DNA of 64,000 bases from Nitrosopumilus sp. (GTDB lineage: Archaea > Thermoproteota > Nitrososphaeria > Nitrososphaerales > Nitrosopumilaceae). A model generated the notes under the pieces. The model did not search any database, was not told where the DNA came from, and saw only the letters and a list, made by a program, of their open reading frames with translations. Positions 25,012-34,026 of this stretch are shown here, in pieces (positions within the stretch are counted from its first letter, which is position 1; the number at the start of each line of letters is the position of its first letter). The translations under genes and the position numbers were made by a program. The stretch is taken from positions 1,344,001 through 1,408,000 of the forward strand of contig OZ252243.1 of NCBI GenBank assembly GCA_965249555.1, written 5' to 3'.

Positions 25012-27105
25012 TTAAGCCTTTGCCTTTTGAAATTTGTTCAGGTCTGGTTTTGTAACTACGTTTTGATACTGTCTGATTCTTTCAGCAATTAGTCTATACA
25101 ATGATCTGAATTGGTCTTTTGTTTTATCTGATAGGAAACTAGTCTCTTCAAGTGTAATTTTTTCACATATGTATCTGGTAATCTCTTCATTATCAAATTC
25201 TCCCCAATCGTCTTCTCTGTGTTCTTGCCATTTTTTTCTCAACTTGTCCAAGATTCCTTTACTTTCTTTAGAGGCAATATCTTGAGGTGTGAGAATTGAA
25301 AATCCCTCCTGTCTCAACTTTATTTCATAAGTTTGGTTTACCACGTGTAAATAATCTTCAAGAACAATATAATCCTCAATTGACTCTAGCTTTTTTCCTT
25401 CTCTCTCAAAAAAGATAGTCTGAACTGATGAGAATTCATTTGAGACTAATTGTGCAGAAATTTGCTTGGATTCCTCTGTATTGTCTAATAAAATAAATGT
25501 CTTGTAACCATGATTTCTGTAAAATATTGCCAAAGGTAAAACTGAATTTTTGTTATATGCTGCAACAACATTAAGAGGATTCATTGATATATTTGGATCC
25601 TGTAAGAATTTATCAAAAGCATTTAGATACATTGCATCAGACATTGTCTCTACAATAATTATTGGTCTAGAGTTTGTTCCTATCTCTCTATCTACAATAG
25701 ATTCAACTATACCTCTGGATAACCCATACAAAATCGGCGTTAATGTTTTGTCATCAGCATTCCAATAATCATAAAAGATCCTGCTAAGATGTTTTCTTTT
25801 GTCTAACTCTACAACAAGTAGATTGCCTGGAGTATAGTCAAAGATCATAAATGGTGAATGTGTTGCATACAAAACTTGGTTAGAACCAGCTAAATTTTTT
25901 AATAAATCTGAAATTCCCATTTGTTGTGTAGGGTGAAGATTTCTTGCAGGTTCATCTAAAAGTAATATTGCTTCTCTTAATTCTGATCTTTGTGTTTCCG
26001 CTGCAAAGTTTACAATAAAAGAGAATGTCCACTTGAAACCCTCTGCTCTTCTGTTTAACAACCCTGTGTTTGTAATTGTTCCATCTTTATGAACATCTGA
26101 AATTACAACACTCATGATGTTTCCTGGATTATATCTCAAGTCTACATGGATGGGGTCTCCTTTCCATGTTGGATTTAATTTACTAGTCAATCTGTTACCT
26201 GCTGAATTAAGAAGTTTGATACATTTTGATGGGCTCTCTTTTACTTCATCTAACTCTTTCATGTCTAATTCAGCTAAATAGAATAGATTTCTTACTGTCT
26301 CTGCTTTATCAAATTCTTCAACATATTCAATTGACTCTCTCCTTTCACCTCTTTCTTCTCTGAGAAATTCGTTGAGATTGATATTTCCATAGATTTTTTT
26401 GTAATCTGAAAAATAAACAAATCTTGGATGCAATTCAGATGCAATAAAATTCTGCAAGGCTGTTTTTTCACTTTCACCACTTAGAAGATTTGAAAATTGG
26501 TTTTCTGGATTTTCATAAATTTTTTCCCATTCTTCAATTACTCTAGGTTCTTGAATAGCTATGACATGAAAATGATTACTAAATTCTGCCATTCCACTAT
26601 CAAATGCTTCTTGGTTCCTTGGAACTGATTCTTCAAAGAATTTTGTGTCAACCTGTATTCTAATGTGGTTTGGAATTGTGTCTAAAAATTCGAGAATCTG
26701 TTTCGAGAAATTTTCCCATGAATTGAGTCCTTTATCATCATCTTCCCCAAGTTCAATTTCTTCAAATTCATATTGGACTTTTGGGTTTTGATTTGTTTTA
26801 AATAATTTAATTTTTTTTATGTCTGGTAAGCTAGGAAATTTTTCTTTTATTAGATTAATTTCATTTTGGTTTAGTTCAAATTCCCCCTCTGCTAGTTTAA
26901 TCTCATCTTTGAGCTCTTCATCCATTTCGTCACAAAGATCTAGTTCTGAAACTTGTTCATCCTTATTCAACAAGGTTAATGCTTGAAGAATGGTGGTTTT
27001 TCCGCTTTCATTTCTCCCAACAAAAGCTGCTAAATCACCAACTGTAATTTCTCCAGAATCATGAATACAGCGATATGCTCTAACTCTGAATTTCCTAAGT
27101 CGCAT
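25012..27105 (-). CDS. OLD-family ABC ATPase / TOPRIM-like nuclease
   Basis: Walker A GRNESGKT, Walker B LLLDEP, H-loop ATHSP, and a TOPRIM-like IIVETMSDAMYL. Confidence 0.8.
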   Translation of the reverse strand: MRLRKFRVRAYRCIHDSGEITVGDLAAFVGRNESGKTTILQALTLLNKDEQVSELDLCDEMDEELKDEIKLAEGEFELNQNEINLIKEKFPSLPDIKKIKLFKTNQNPKVQYEFEEIELGEDDDKGLNSWENFSKQILEFLDTIPNHIRIQVDTKFFEESVPRNQEAFDSGMAEFSNHFHVIAIQEPRVIEEWEKIYENPENQFSNLLSGESEKTALQNFIASELHPRFVYFSDYKKIYGNINLNEFLREERGERRESIEYVEEFDKAETVRNLFYLAELDMKELDEVKESPSKCIKLLNSAGNRLTSKLNPTWKGDPIHVDLRYNPGNIMSVVISDVHKDGTITNTGLLNRRAEGFKWTFSFIVNFAAETQRSELREAILLLDEPARNLHPTQQMGISDLLKNLAGSNQVLYATHSPFMIFDYTPGNLLVVELDKRKHLSRIFYDYWNADDKTLTPILYGLSRGIVESIVDREIGTNSRPIIIVETMSDAMYLNAFDKFLQDPNISMNPLNVVAAYNKNSVLPLAIFYRNHGYKTFILLDNTEESKQISAQLVSNEFSSVQTIFFEREGKKLESIEDYIVLEDYLHVVNQTYEIKLRQEGFSILTPQDIASKESKGILDKLRKKWQEHREDDWGEFDNEEITRYICEKITLEETSFLSDKTKDQFRSLYRLIAERIRQYQNVVTKPDLNKFQKAKA

Positions 27106-27209
27106 CTAGCGATATTTAGTTGGCTACGATTTAACTCATTCGTCAAATTGATCTTAAGTTTTCTCAATTTGCTAAATAGATATAAGGGAATTATATATTT
27201 TAAAACAAA

Positions 27210-27674
27210 TTGGCAACTAAGAAAGTTCTTGTTGTATTTGTATTACCTGTAATCTTTTCTCTAGTTTTTGGTTCTGCAGTGATGGCTGATATTCTCCAGA
27301 AACCCAATAGAGAATTAAACATGTGGCCAATGTCTTCCTCAGAAGGATTTTCCACCTATACTGCTCCTATTGAGATCATTGGCTTATCCAAACAATATTC
27401 AACATCTGAACCTATAGAAATCCAAGTAAAAATTGATGATTCTTCTTTTGACTGTGGAGATCTTTATGTTACAATTTATTCTGCTGGAAAAAATGATGTA
27501 ATTACTCAAAGTGGATTCCTTGAGCAATGCTTTGAGCAAGGAAGTACAATTCTTCCTGTAGGGGATGAGTTCTCTAAAGTAATTGACACTCCTGGCTCTT
27601 ATGAGATAGTCGCGCAAATGGTTTCAAAAAAACTCATGAATATTTCAATAAGTGAGGTATTTACTGTTAAATAG
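27210..27674 (+). CDS. secreted/membrane-anchored hypothetical protein with Ig-like domain
   Basis: N-terminal hydrophobic helix, GLSKQYSTSEPIEI and TPGSYEI. Confidence 0.7.
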   Translation: MATKKVLVVFVLPVIFSLVFGSAVMADILQKPNRELNMWPMSSSEGFSTYTAPIEIIGLSKQYSTSEPIEIQVKIDDSSFDCGDLYVTIYSAGKNDVITQSGFLEQCFEQGSTILPVGDEFSKVIDTPGSYEIVAQMVSKKLMNISISEVFTVK

Positions 27675-27726
27675 GAATGGATAATTGTATGATAAATAAG
27701 AAATTGAATTTAAAAAATGAGGTAAT

Positions 27727-28632
27727 ATGATGGCAAAGAAAAAAGATACTTTAATTGATGAAGCAAAAAAAATTCAAGCAGAACTTGATGAATTAAAAAA
27801 GAAAAAGGAAACTCTAGATTCCTCCCAAGCAAAGAAAGCTGAAGCAAAACCAGCAAAGAAAACAAAGAAAGCTGAAGCAAAACCAGCAAAGAAAACAAAG
27901 AAAGCTGAAGCAAAACCAGCAAAGAAAACAAAGAAAGCTGAAGCAAAACCAGCAAAGAAAACAAAGAAAGCTGAAGCAAAACCAGCAAAGAAAACAAAGA
28001 AAGCTGAAGCAAAACCAGCAAAGAAAACAAAGAAAGCTGAAGCAAAACCAGCAAAGAAAACAAAGAAAGCTGAAGCAAAACCAGCAAAGAAAACAAAGAA
28101 AGCTGAAGCAAAACCAGCAAAGAAAGCTGAAGCAAAACCAGCAAAAGTAAAAAAATTAACTAAAAAAGAATTAGAAGAAATTAAAAGAATAGAAGAATTA
28201 ACTCTTGAAGAAGAATTAGAAGAACAACTTTCAGATAAAGAAATTGAAAACTTTCAGATTGAGAAAGTTGACATGGAAAGACTTACCAACAAAGTTTGTG
28301 ATATTTTAGCGGAACGTGAATCAGATGGAATGTTTCAAAGTGAATTATGGAAAAAACTTAAACTTACAAATCAGGTTGGTTCTCGTCTAGCATTAAAACT
28401 TGAACGAATGGGAACAATTACACGATCAAAACTTCTTGAAAAGGAACGTTGGACTTACAAATTAATTTTAAAGAAGACTCCAATTAGCACTCAATCAATT
28501 GTAAATGCACCTTGTTTGGTTTGTCCTGTTGAACAGAAATGTTCTCTTGACGGTGAAATCAGTCCAAGAAATTGTCAATTTATTGAAGACTGGGTAATTG
28601 CCGAACTGAAAAAACCTACGAAGTCCAAATGA
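27727..28632 (+). CDS. TFE-beta / Rpc34-like transcription factor (wHTH + Fe-S domain) with N-terminal K/A/P repeat
   Basis: wHTH GMFQSELWKKLKL..VGSRLALKLERMGTITR. C-terminal PCLVCPVEQKCSLDGEISPRNCQFIEDW matches the Rpc34/TFE-beta four-Cys cluster. Confidence 0.8.
   Translation: MMAKKKDTLIDEAKKIQAELDELKKKKETLDSSQAKKAEAKPAKKTKKAEAKPAKKTKKAEAKPAKKTKKAEAKPAKKTKKAEAKPAKKTKKAEAKPAKKTKKAEAKPAKKTKKAEAKPAKKTKKAEAKPAKKAEAKPAKVKKLTKKELEEIKRIEELTLEEELEEQLSDKEIENFQIEKVDMERLTNKVCDILAERESDGMFQSELWKKLKLTNQVGSRLALKLERMGTITRSKLLEKERWTYKLILKKTPISTQSIVNAPCLVCPVEQKCSLDGEISPRNCQFIEDWVIAELKKPTKSK
27831..28146 (+). repeat. perfect 33-bp coding tandem repeat (AEAKPAKKTKK) x8 plus two partial copies
   Basis: GCTGAAGCAAAACCAGCAAAGAAAACAAAGAAA units start at 27838, 27871, 27904, 27937, 27970, 28003, 28036 and 28069. 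Partial units start at 28102 and 28126. Confidence 0.97.
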
Positions 28633-29222
28633 AACTGTTAGATGCTCGTAAAGATTACTATCGAAAATTAGCACATGAACAAGGTTTTCGAAGTAGATCT
28701 GCTTTCAAACTTAAAGATCTAAACAAATCATATCGCCTAATTGGTCCAGGATTTAATGTTCTTGATTTAGGATGTGCTCCTGGTGGTTGGACTCAGATGG
28801 CTGTCAAATTGACAGGAAATCAAGGTAAGGTTATGGGAATTGATTTGGATTATGTTGAAGAGATTCCTGGTGCATATCTAATTAGAGAAAATATTGAAGA
28901 TGAACATGTGATTGATGAGATAATGTCCTATTTTGGACGTAAAGTGAATGCTGTAATTTGTGATCTTTCTCCCAAAGTTAGTGGGAATTGGTCAGTTGAT
29001 CATGCTAAACAAATCTCTTTGAATTATGATTGTACCAAAATTATGGATAAAGTTTTAGCAAACAAAGGAAATGCTGTTTTCAAAATTTTTGATGGTGAAC
29101 ACTCGATGGAATTCAGAGATTACGTAAAGAAAAAATTTGTCAGAATAAATCTTACAAAACCTAAAGCTAGTAGAAAACAAAGTAGTGAATTATACTGTGT
29201 TTGTCTGGGTTTTATTGGATAG
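28629..29222 (+). CDS. rlmE: 23S rRNA 2'-O-methyltransferase (RlmE/FtsJ)
   Basis: Motifs FRSRSAFKL, LDLGCAPGGW and KPKASRKQSSELY. Confidence 0.95.
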   Translation: MKLLDARKDYYRKLAHEQGFRSRSAFKLKDLNKSYRLIGPGFNVLDLGCAPGGWTQMAVKLTGNQGKVMGIDLDYVEEIPGAYLIRENIEDEHVIDEIMSYFGRKVNAVICDLSPKVSGNWSVDHAKQISLNYDCTKIMDKVLANKGNAVFKIFDGEHSMEFRDYVKKKFVRINLTKPKASRKQSSELYCVCLGFIG

Positions 29223-30360
29223 TCTGAAATATTTTCATTATTTCATTTATTTTTGCGTCTGTCCTAAATCCTGTAGGACTAAATGATGTAACACTTGCTA
29301 TGAAATTATTTTTTTGCAAATTTGATATTGCATTTTCTAATTTTGGAGGAGATGATTTCATTTTTGATGCAATCTCATCTAATGTAAAATATGTTCCTGG
29401 CATTTTTGATTCTTCAAGACATTTGTGGAGAGTTTTTTCACAAACCTTGTCTACTTCAAAATTTTGAATTTCTAATAACATGTCTTGAATAAATTCTTTG
29501 TCGAAAATATTTCCAATCCATAAAGGTCCCGCAATACTGATTTTTAATCTACATAATTCACATTCTTGTTCTTGCTCTAATGTGATTTTTCTATGTCCAC
29601 AATTTTTACAGTGTAGAATATACCCTATGTTTTCTTGTTGATCTGGTCTGTTTAGAACTTTAACATATGTTCTATAGTAATGCATGTTACTTTCTACAAA
29701 CAAAGGAATCACTTGAACTCCTAGTCTTGCTGCTACCATTCTAAGGCAACCAAGAATTAATCTAATTGCAATTTCTTTTCCATATTCAGTTCTAACTGGA
29801 ATTCCTCCATACTTTCTCTTACATGCTCCTTGAAAGAGTCCATTTAGCACTTGAAGATCTGTAGATGCTGTAGATAAAACCCCGCCATGCATGGTCGCTC
29901 TAATACCACAGTCAAAAAATGCTGCAGGAGATCCAAACGGGTCTATATCTACAATCGAGCCTCTTTCTCCTTTTTTTGAATGATCACTCAAAAACCTACA
30001 AACCTCTTTTTCAGAAAATTCAATATTTTTTATATTGTTCAATTTGGCTGAATATTCAGCAATTTTTAGAGCTGATGGATTTAGATCATTGATTACTATA
30101 TTTTCAACTTTTAGCTCATTTGCAACTCGTAATCCTCTTGCACCCATTCCTGATAATCCTTCCAAGAAAATCTTTGGACCTTGAAAATTTTTTAGAAATG
30201 CAGCATATGCAATTACTGAAAAATCTCTATTCAATTTCGCCTTTGGATTGAAAAACACTGGTTTTTTTGGTGGAACTTTTTCTGTAATTGATTTTTTTGG
30301 GACAAGCAGTTTTGTTTTACCCTCTACAATTTCTTGAAAAGATTCATTTGGAATTTCCAA
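29212..30360 (-). CDS. trm1: tRNA (guanine-26) N2,N2-dimethyltransferase
   Basis: Motifs VFFNP...NRD, SGMGARGLR, NDLNP, DIDPFGSP and AGPLWIG. Confidence 0.94.
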   Translation of the reverse strand: MEIPNESFQEIVEGKTKLLVPKKSITEKVPPKKPVFFNPKAKLNRDFSVIAYAAFLKNFQGPKIFLEGLSGMGARGLRVANELKVENIVINDLNPSALKIAEYSAKLNNIKNIEFSEKEVCRFLSDHSKKGERGSIVDIDPFGSPAAFFDCGIRATMHGGVLSTASTDLQVLNGLFQGACKRKYGGIPVRTEYGKEIAIRLILGCLRMVAARLGVQVIPLFVESNMHYYRTYVKVLNRPDQQENIGYILHCKNCGHRKITLEQEQECELCRLKISIAGPLWIGNIFDKEFIQDMLLEIQNFEVDKVCEKTLHKCLEESKMPGTYFTLDEIASKMKSSPPKLENAISNLQKNNFIASVTSFSPTGFRTDAKINEIMKIFQTIQ

Positions 30361-30419
30361 TTATTTTCTGCTTTTCTAAGTCTCTAACGGTTTAATACTT
30401 GTGCTTTAAGATAAAATTC

Positions 30420-31040
30420 GTGCAAATTTGTGGTATTGATGATGCTGGACGTGGTTCTATGTTGGGGCCATTAGTTATAGCTGGTGTTTCTTTGGATAAA
30501 AGAAAATTAAGAAAACTGTCCTCACTAGGAGTAAGGGATTCAAAAAAACTTTCCCCCAAATTACGTGAACATCTCTACAAAAAAATTATTGAAATTGTTG
30601 ATGATTATTATATTGTAAAAATTCCCCCAAGATCCATTGATGCAAGTGTTAAGAAACATTATCTAAATAATTTGGAGGCAAAATATATGGCAAAAGTAGT
30701 TTCAAAACTAAATGCTGATACATCATATGTTGATTCATGTGATGTCAATCCAAGAAGATTTGGAAAAGAAATCTCTAAACTATCTAACAATCATAAAATT
30801 AAATCATATCATCATGCAGATAGTAGATTTGTGGTAGTTTCTGCTGCATCTATTCTTGCAAAAGTAGCAAGAGACAGAACAATTACAAAGTTAAGAAAAA
30901 ACCATGATTTGGGAAGTGGATATCCTTCAGATTCAGTAAGTGTGAAATTTGTGACTAAACATTACAAAAAAAATCATGATATGCCCAGTTTTGTGCGTAA
31001 AAGTTGGAAGCCTATTCTAAAAATCTTAGATAATAATTAG
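30420..31040 (+). CDS. rnhB: ribonuclease HII
   Basis: Motifs GIDDAGRG, VRDSKKL, VSAASILAKV and GSGYPSD. Confidence 0.95.
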   Translation: MQICGIDDAGRGSMLGPLVIAGVSLDKRKLRKLSSLGVRDSKKLSPKLREHLYKKIIEIVDDYYIVKIPPRSIDASVKKHYLNNLEAKYMAKVVSKLNADTSYVDSCDVNPRRFGKEISKLSNNHKIKSYHHADSRFVVVSAASILAKVARDRTITKLRKNHDLGSGYPSDSVSVKFVTKHYKKNHDMPSFVRKSWKPILKILDNN

Positions 31041-31711
31041 TCTCTATATTTTGCAATTACCATTGCATGATCTTTGTCATATGGATGTAAATCCATTGAC
31101 TGTAAAATGTCAAAATCTGTTTTTAGTTTCTCTATTTCTTGTTCTATGATCTTTTTTGGAGATTTTGTAACGTCTATACTTCGTGTCTTAATTACTAAAA
31201 AGAAATATCCTCCTTTTTTTAGAAACAAATGACAATTATCTATTGCAATTTTTGTTTGATCAGGTTGAGCAATATCTGCATAGACGACATCAACTTTTCC
31301 AAATACAGAAAAGTATTCTTTAGGTTTTCTAGCATCTTGAAGAATTGGAATAATATTTGCTCTAAGTGATGCAACCCTGTCTAAAAAATCTCTTGCAACT
31401 CTGCTTGCATGCTCAACACTAAAAACTATTCCACTTGGACCAACAATATCTGAAATATGACTTACAGTTGTTCCAGTTGATGCTCCAAGATAAAGAACTT
31501 TGGTTTTATTTTCAAAAGGAAATTCCTCAAGTTCATTCATTATAGATGCTGCTAATTTACTTCTAAATGGGTCCCATAATCTATACTCGATTCCTTTTTT
31601 GATAATTAGTTTTTCTTTGTATACTTGATTTCCAGGAACCAAATTTTCAGTAGCTAGTTTTTTTTCGCCTTCTGATTTAATCCAAAAAAATGATTGATTA
31701 CCTTCTTCCAA
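31037..31711 (-). CDS. flpA: fibrillarin-like rRNA/tRNA 2'-O-methyltransferase
   Basis: YRLWDPFRSKLAA, VLYLGASTGTTVSH and DIAQPDQ. Probable TTG start at 31711 overlaps the nop5 stop. Confidence 0.93.
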   Translation of the reverse strand: MEEGNQSFFWIKSEGEKKLATENLVPGNQVYKEKLIIKKGIEYRLWDPFRSKLAASIMNELEEFPFENKTKVLYLGASTGTTVSHISDIVGPSGIVFSVEHASRVARDFLDRVASLRANIIPILQDARKPKEYFSVFGKVDVVYADIAQPDQTKIAIDNCHLFLKKGGYFFLVIKTRSIDVTKSPKKIIEQEIEKLKTDFDILQSMDLHPYDKDHAMVIAKYRD

Positions 31712-33029
31712 ATTTCTTTCTCTTTTTTGAACCTCTGTCTTCTCTTCTTCCACCTCTATCGTCTCTAGAATATCTTGAACCTCTGTCTTCTCTTCTTCCA
31801 CCTCTATCATCACGTCTTCTGGAATCCCCTCTAGAATATCTTGAACCTCTGTCTTCTCTTCTTCCACCTCTATCATCACGTCTAAACAATTCAGGTTTTC
31901 TGGTATCTTTTTCAGTTGGATTTTCATATTTCTTGCCTATTTCATCAACTCTGATGTTGAGTTTTTCAAGCAAAGTCTCGTTTAATCCCTCTCCATAGAC
32001 GTCAACTCTTGCAGCAATGACTGCCTTTGCAGCAACTGCACGTGCAATTTTTCCTCTTTGCCATCTTGGAGCAGAATGAACCATTGCATGTTGGAATAAC
32101 AGTCCATGCTTTGGTGGTTGAGAACCTGTCTTTAATGATCTAAACAATGCTTTTTCAGCTCCTAAAACTTGTATTGTACTAGCAGGAAGTGATGCTAATC
32201 TTTTGAGACTTCCAGCTCTTCCTAAAATTCTTGCACCAACTGCACTACCAAGTATTGCTGAAAGATTTGGTGCAATTGATACCATTTCAGATTCTACATG
32301 TTCTTCAAGTTTTTTACGCAAATCGTGAAAATCTAAAATTTGTTTTGCAATTGATTGCACTATTGCCAAATTAACATCAGAGATATCACCACCTCTACTT
32401 TTTGATGAAATTAAAGATAACATTTCTACTTTTGTCTCTGGAAAACCTGCATCCTCAAAAACTTGTTTTGTTAATGATTCACGTTTTCCAGCCATTACAA
32501 TTTGTGCATATCCGTTAATGCTGTCAATAATGTTATCTAATTCTGGAAAATGTAATCCGTACCATTCTCTAAGTCTTGAACTTAATGCATTTGCTATCTT
32601 GTCAATTTCATCTAGTGAATTAATTGCTTGAATAATATGAAGATCTGGACTTTGTGATACTTCGGTAACTATTGATGATGATAATCCTAAAGCAAATTCT
32701 CTGAGTTTTCCTAAAGTATCTTGAAGATTGGATGCAAAACCCGAATCAACAATTATCTGTGGTTTTGTTGTTTGTATCTTTTCTAACTCTGAGGTATCCA
32801 TGATTTGACAGTCAATGGAATATTTTTTTAAAATCCCAAGTAATGATTCATCACTAACAGTGACCACTCTCTGAATTGAAGATAAATAATTTATGAGCTC
32901 ATTTAGTTTTGCTTCTTTGTTTTTCACTGAAAGATACTCTTTAACTGGATTTGAGAAAGAAAATGCTTTTTCAAGTTTTTCGTCATTGAAAACAGAGATT
33001 CCCAATTCTGTTAAAATCACAGAATACAT
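31698..33029 (-). CDS. nop5: box C/D RNP scaffold protein Nop5 (Nop56/58) with R/G/D-rich tail
   Basis: Motifs LREWYGLHFPEL, IAPNL, PASTIQVLGAEKALF and PPKHG. Confidence 0.95.
   Translation of the reverse strand: MYSVILTELGISVFNDEKLEKAFSFSNPVKEYLSVKNKEAKLNELINYLSSIQRVVTVSDESLLGILKKYSIDCQIMDTSELEKIQTTKPQIIVDSGFASNLQDTLGKLREFALGLSSSIVTEVSQSPDLHIIQAINSLDEIDKIANALSSRLREWYGLHFPELDNIIDSINGYAQIVMAGKRESLTKQVFEDAGFPETKVEMLSLISSKSRGGDISDVNLAIVQSIAKQILDFHDLRKKLEEHVESEMVSIAPNLSAILGSAVGARILGRAGSLKRLASLPASTIQVLGAEKALFRSLKTGSQPPKHGLLFQHAMVHSAPRWQRGKIARAVAAKAVIAARVDVYGEGLNETLLEKLNIRVDEIGKKYENPTEKDTRKPELFRRDDRGGRREDRGSRYSRGDSRRRDDRGGRREDRGSRYSRDDRGGRREDRGSKKRKKFGRR
31727..31874 (-). repeat. three identical 34-bp repeats encoding DRGGRREDRGS in the Nop5 tail
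   Basis: TTGAACCTCTGTCTTCTCTTCTTCCACCTCTATC at 31727, 31775 and 31841. Confidence 0.93.
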
Positions 33030-33114
33030 GAATAGTTCAGTCTAAATCACCTTTAAAAAAGGTACCAGAATTATGAATCAACTGTTATATTCGAAACTAG
33101 GTTCATTAATCAAA

Positions 33115-34026
33115 GTGGAACCTCATCTTGCAACCTCGATAGGTCAAATTCGATTAGATAGACCTGTAATGTTGGCATCAGGAATACTGGGAATCTCATT
33201 GGATGTATTTAATCGTCTATATCGCTCTGGAGCAGGAGCTGTAGTGACAAAATCTCTTAGTAAGGAACCTTGGGAAGGTTATCCAAATCCAACTATCTTT
33301 AGTGTAAAAGGTGACGGTTGGATTAATGCTGTAGGTCTATCAAATCCTGGAGCCCCAAATTTTGCTAAAATAATTGAATCTAATCAAAATGTTCCAATAA
33401 TAGTAAGTTTGGTGGGTTCTATTCCTGAAGACTTTGAAATGATGATAAAAGAATTTGAAAACTGCAAAGTTACAGCATATGAATTGAATCTATCGTGTCC
33501 TCATGTAGCTAAAGTTGGTTTAGAAGTAGGTGATGATCCAGAACTGGTAAAAAAAATTGTAACTACCGTCAAAAATTCAACTGATGTTCCAGTAATTGCC
33601 AAAGTTGGTTTGGGTACAACTCACTATCTAAATACTGTAAGCACTGCAATTGATTCCGGAATTGATGCTATCACCGCAATCAATACTGTTAGAGCAATGG
33701 CAATAAATGTTGAAACAAAACGTCCAATTCTAAGCAATAAATTTGGTGGATTGTCTGGTACTCCAATCAAACCAATTGCATTAAGATGTGTTTATGAAAT
33801 TTCTTCAAAATATGACATTCCGATAATTGGATGCGGTGGTATATCCACTTGGGAAGATGCAGTTGAGTTTTTCTTGGCAGGAGCTTCTGCAATACAAATT
33901 GGTAGTGCAATTGGTGATAATTGGGTTGATGTTTTTAGTGATATCAATAACGGAATAATTTCCTACATGAAAAGAAATGGTTTTTCAAAAATAGCGGATA
34001 TGGTGGGTATTGCAAAGAAATCATAA
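33115..34026 (+). CDS. pyrD: dihydroorotate dehydrogenase, catalytic subunit (family 1B)
   Basis: Motifs ASG, VVTKS, INAVGLSNPG, ELNLSCPH and GGLSGTPIKP. Confidence 0.95.
   Translation: MEPHLATSIGQIRLDRPVMLASGILGISLDVFNRLYRSGAGAVVTKSLSKEPWEGYPNPTIFSVKGDGWINAVGLSNPGAPNFAKIIESNQNVPIIVSLVGSIPEDFEMMIKEFENCKVTAYELNLSCPHVAKVGLEVGDDPELVKKIVTTVKNSTDVPVIAKVGLGTTHYLNTVSTAIDSGIDAITAINTVRAMAINVETKRPILSNKFGGLSGTPIKPIALRCVYEISSKYDIPIIGCGGISTWEDAVEFFLAGASAIQIGSAIGDNWVDVFSDINNGIISYMKRNGFSKIADMVGIAKKS

Noticed and set aside
27710-28144. Leu-rich minus-strand ORF (LVLLQLSLFSL)n; also considered as a CRISPR-like array
   Set aside because: It is the antisense reading of the 33-bp coding repeat. The units are head-to-tail with no spacers, so it is not CRISPR.
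31712-31998. Acidic N-terminal extension of fibrillarin (to 31927) and + strand ORF 31690..31998
   Set aside because: Both are alternative-frame readings of the Nop5 tail repeats. The fibrillarin core begins near 31711.
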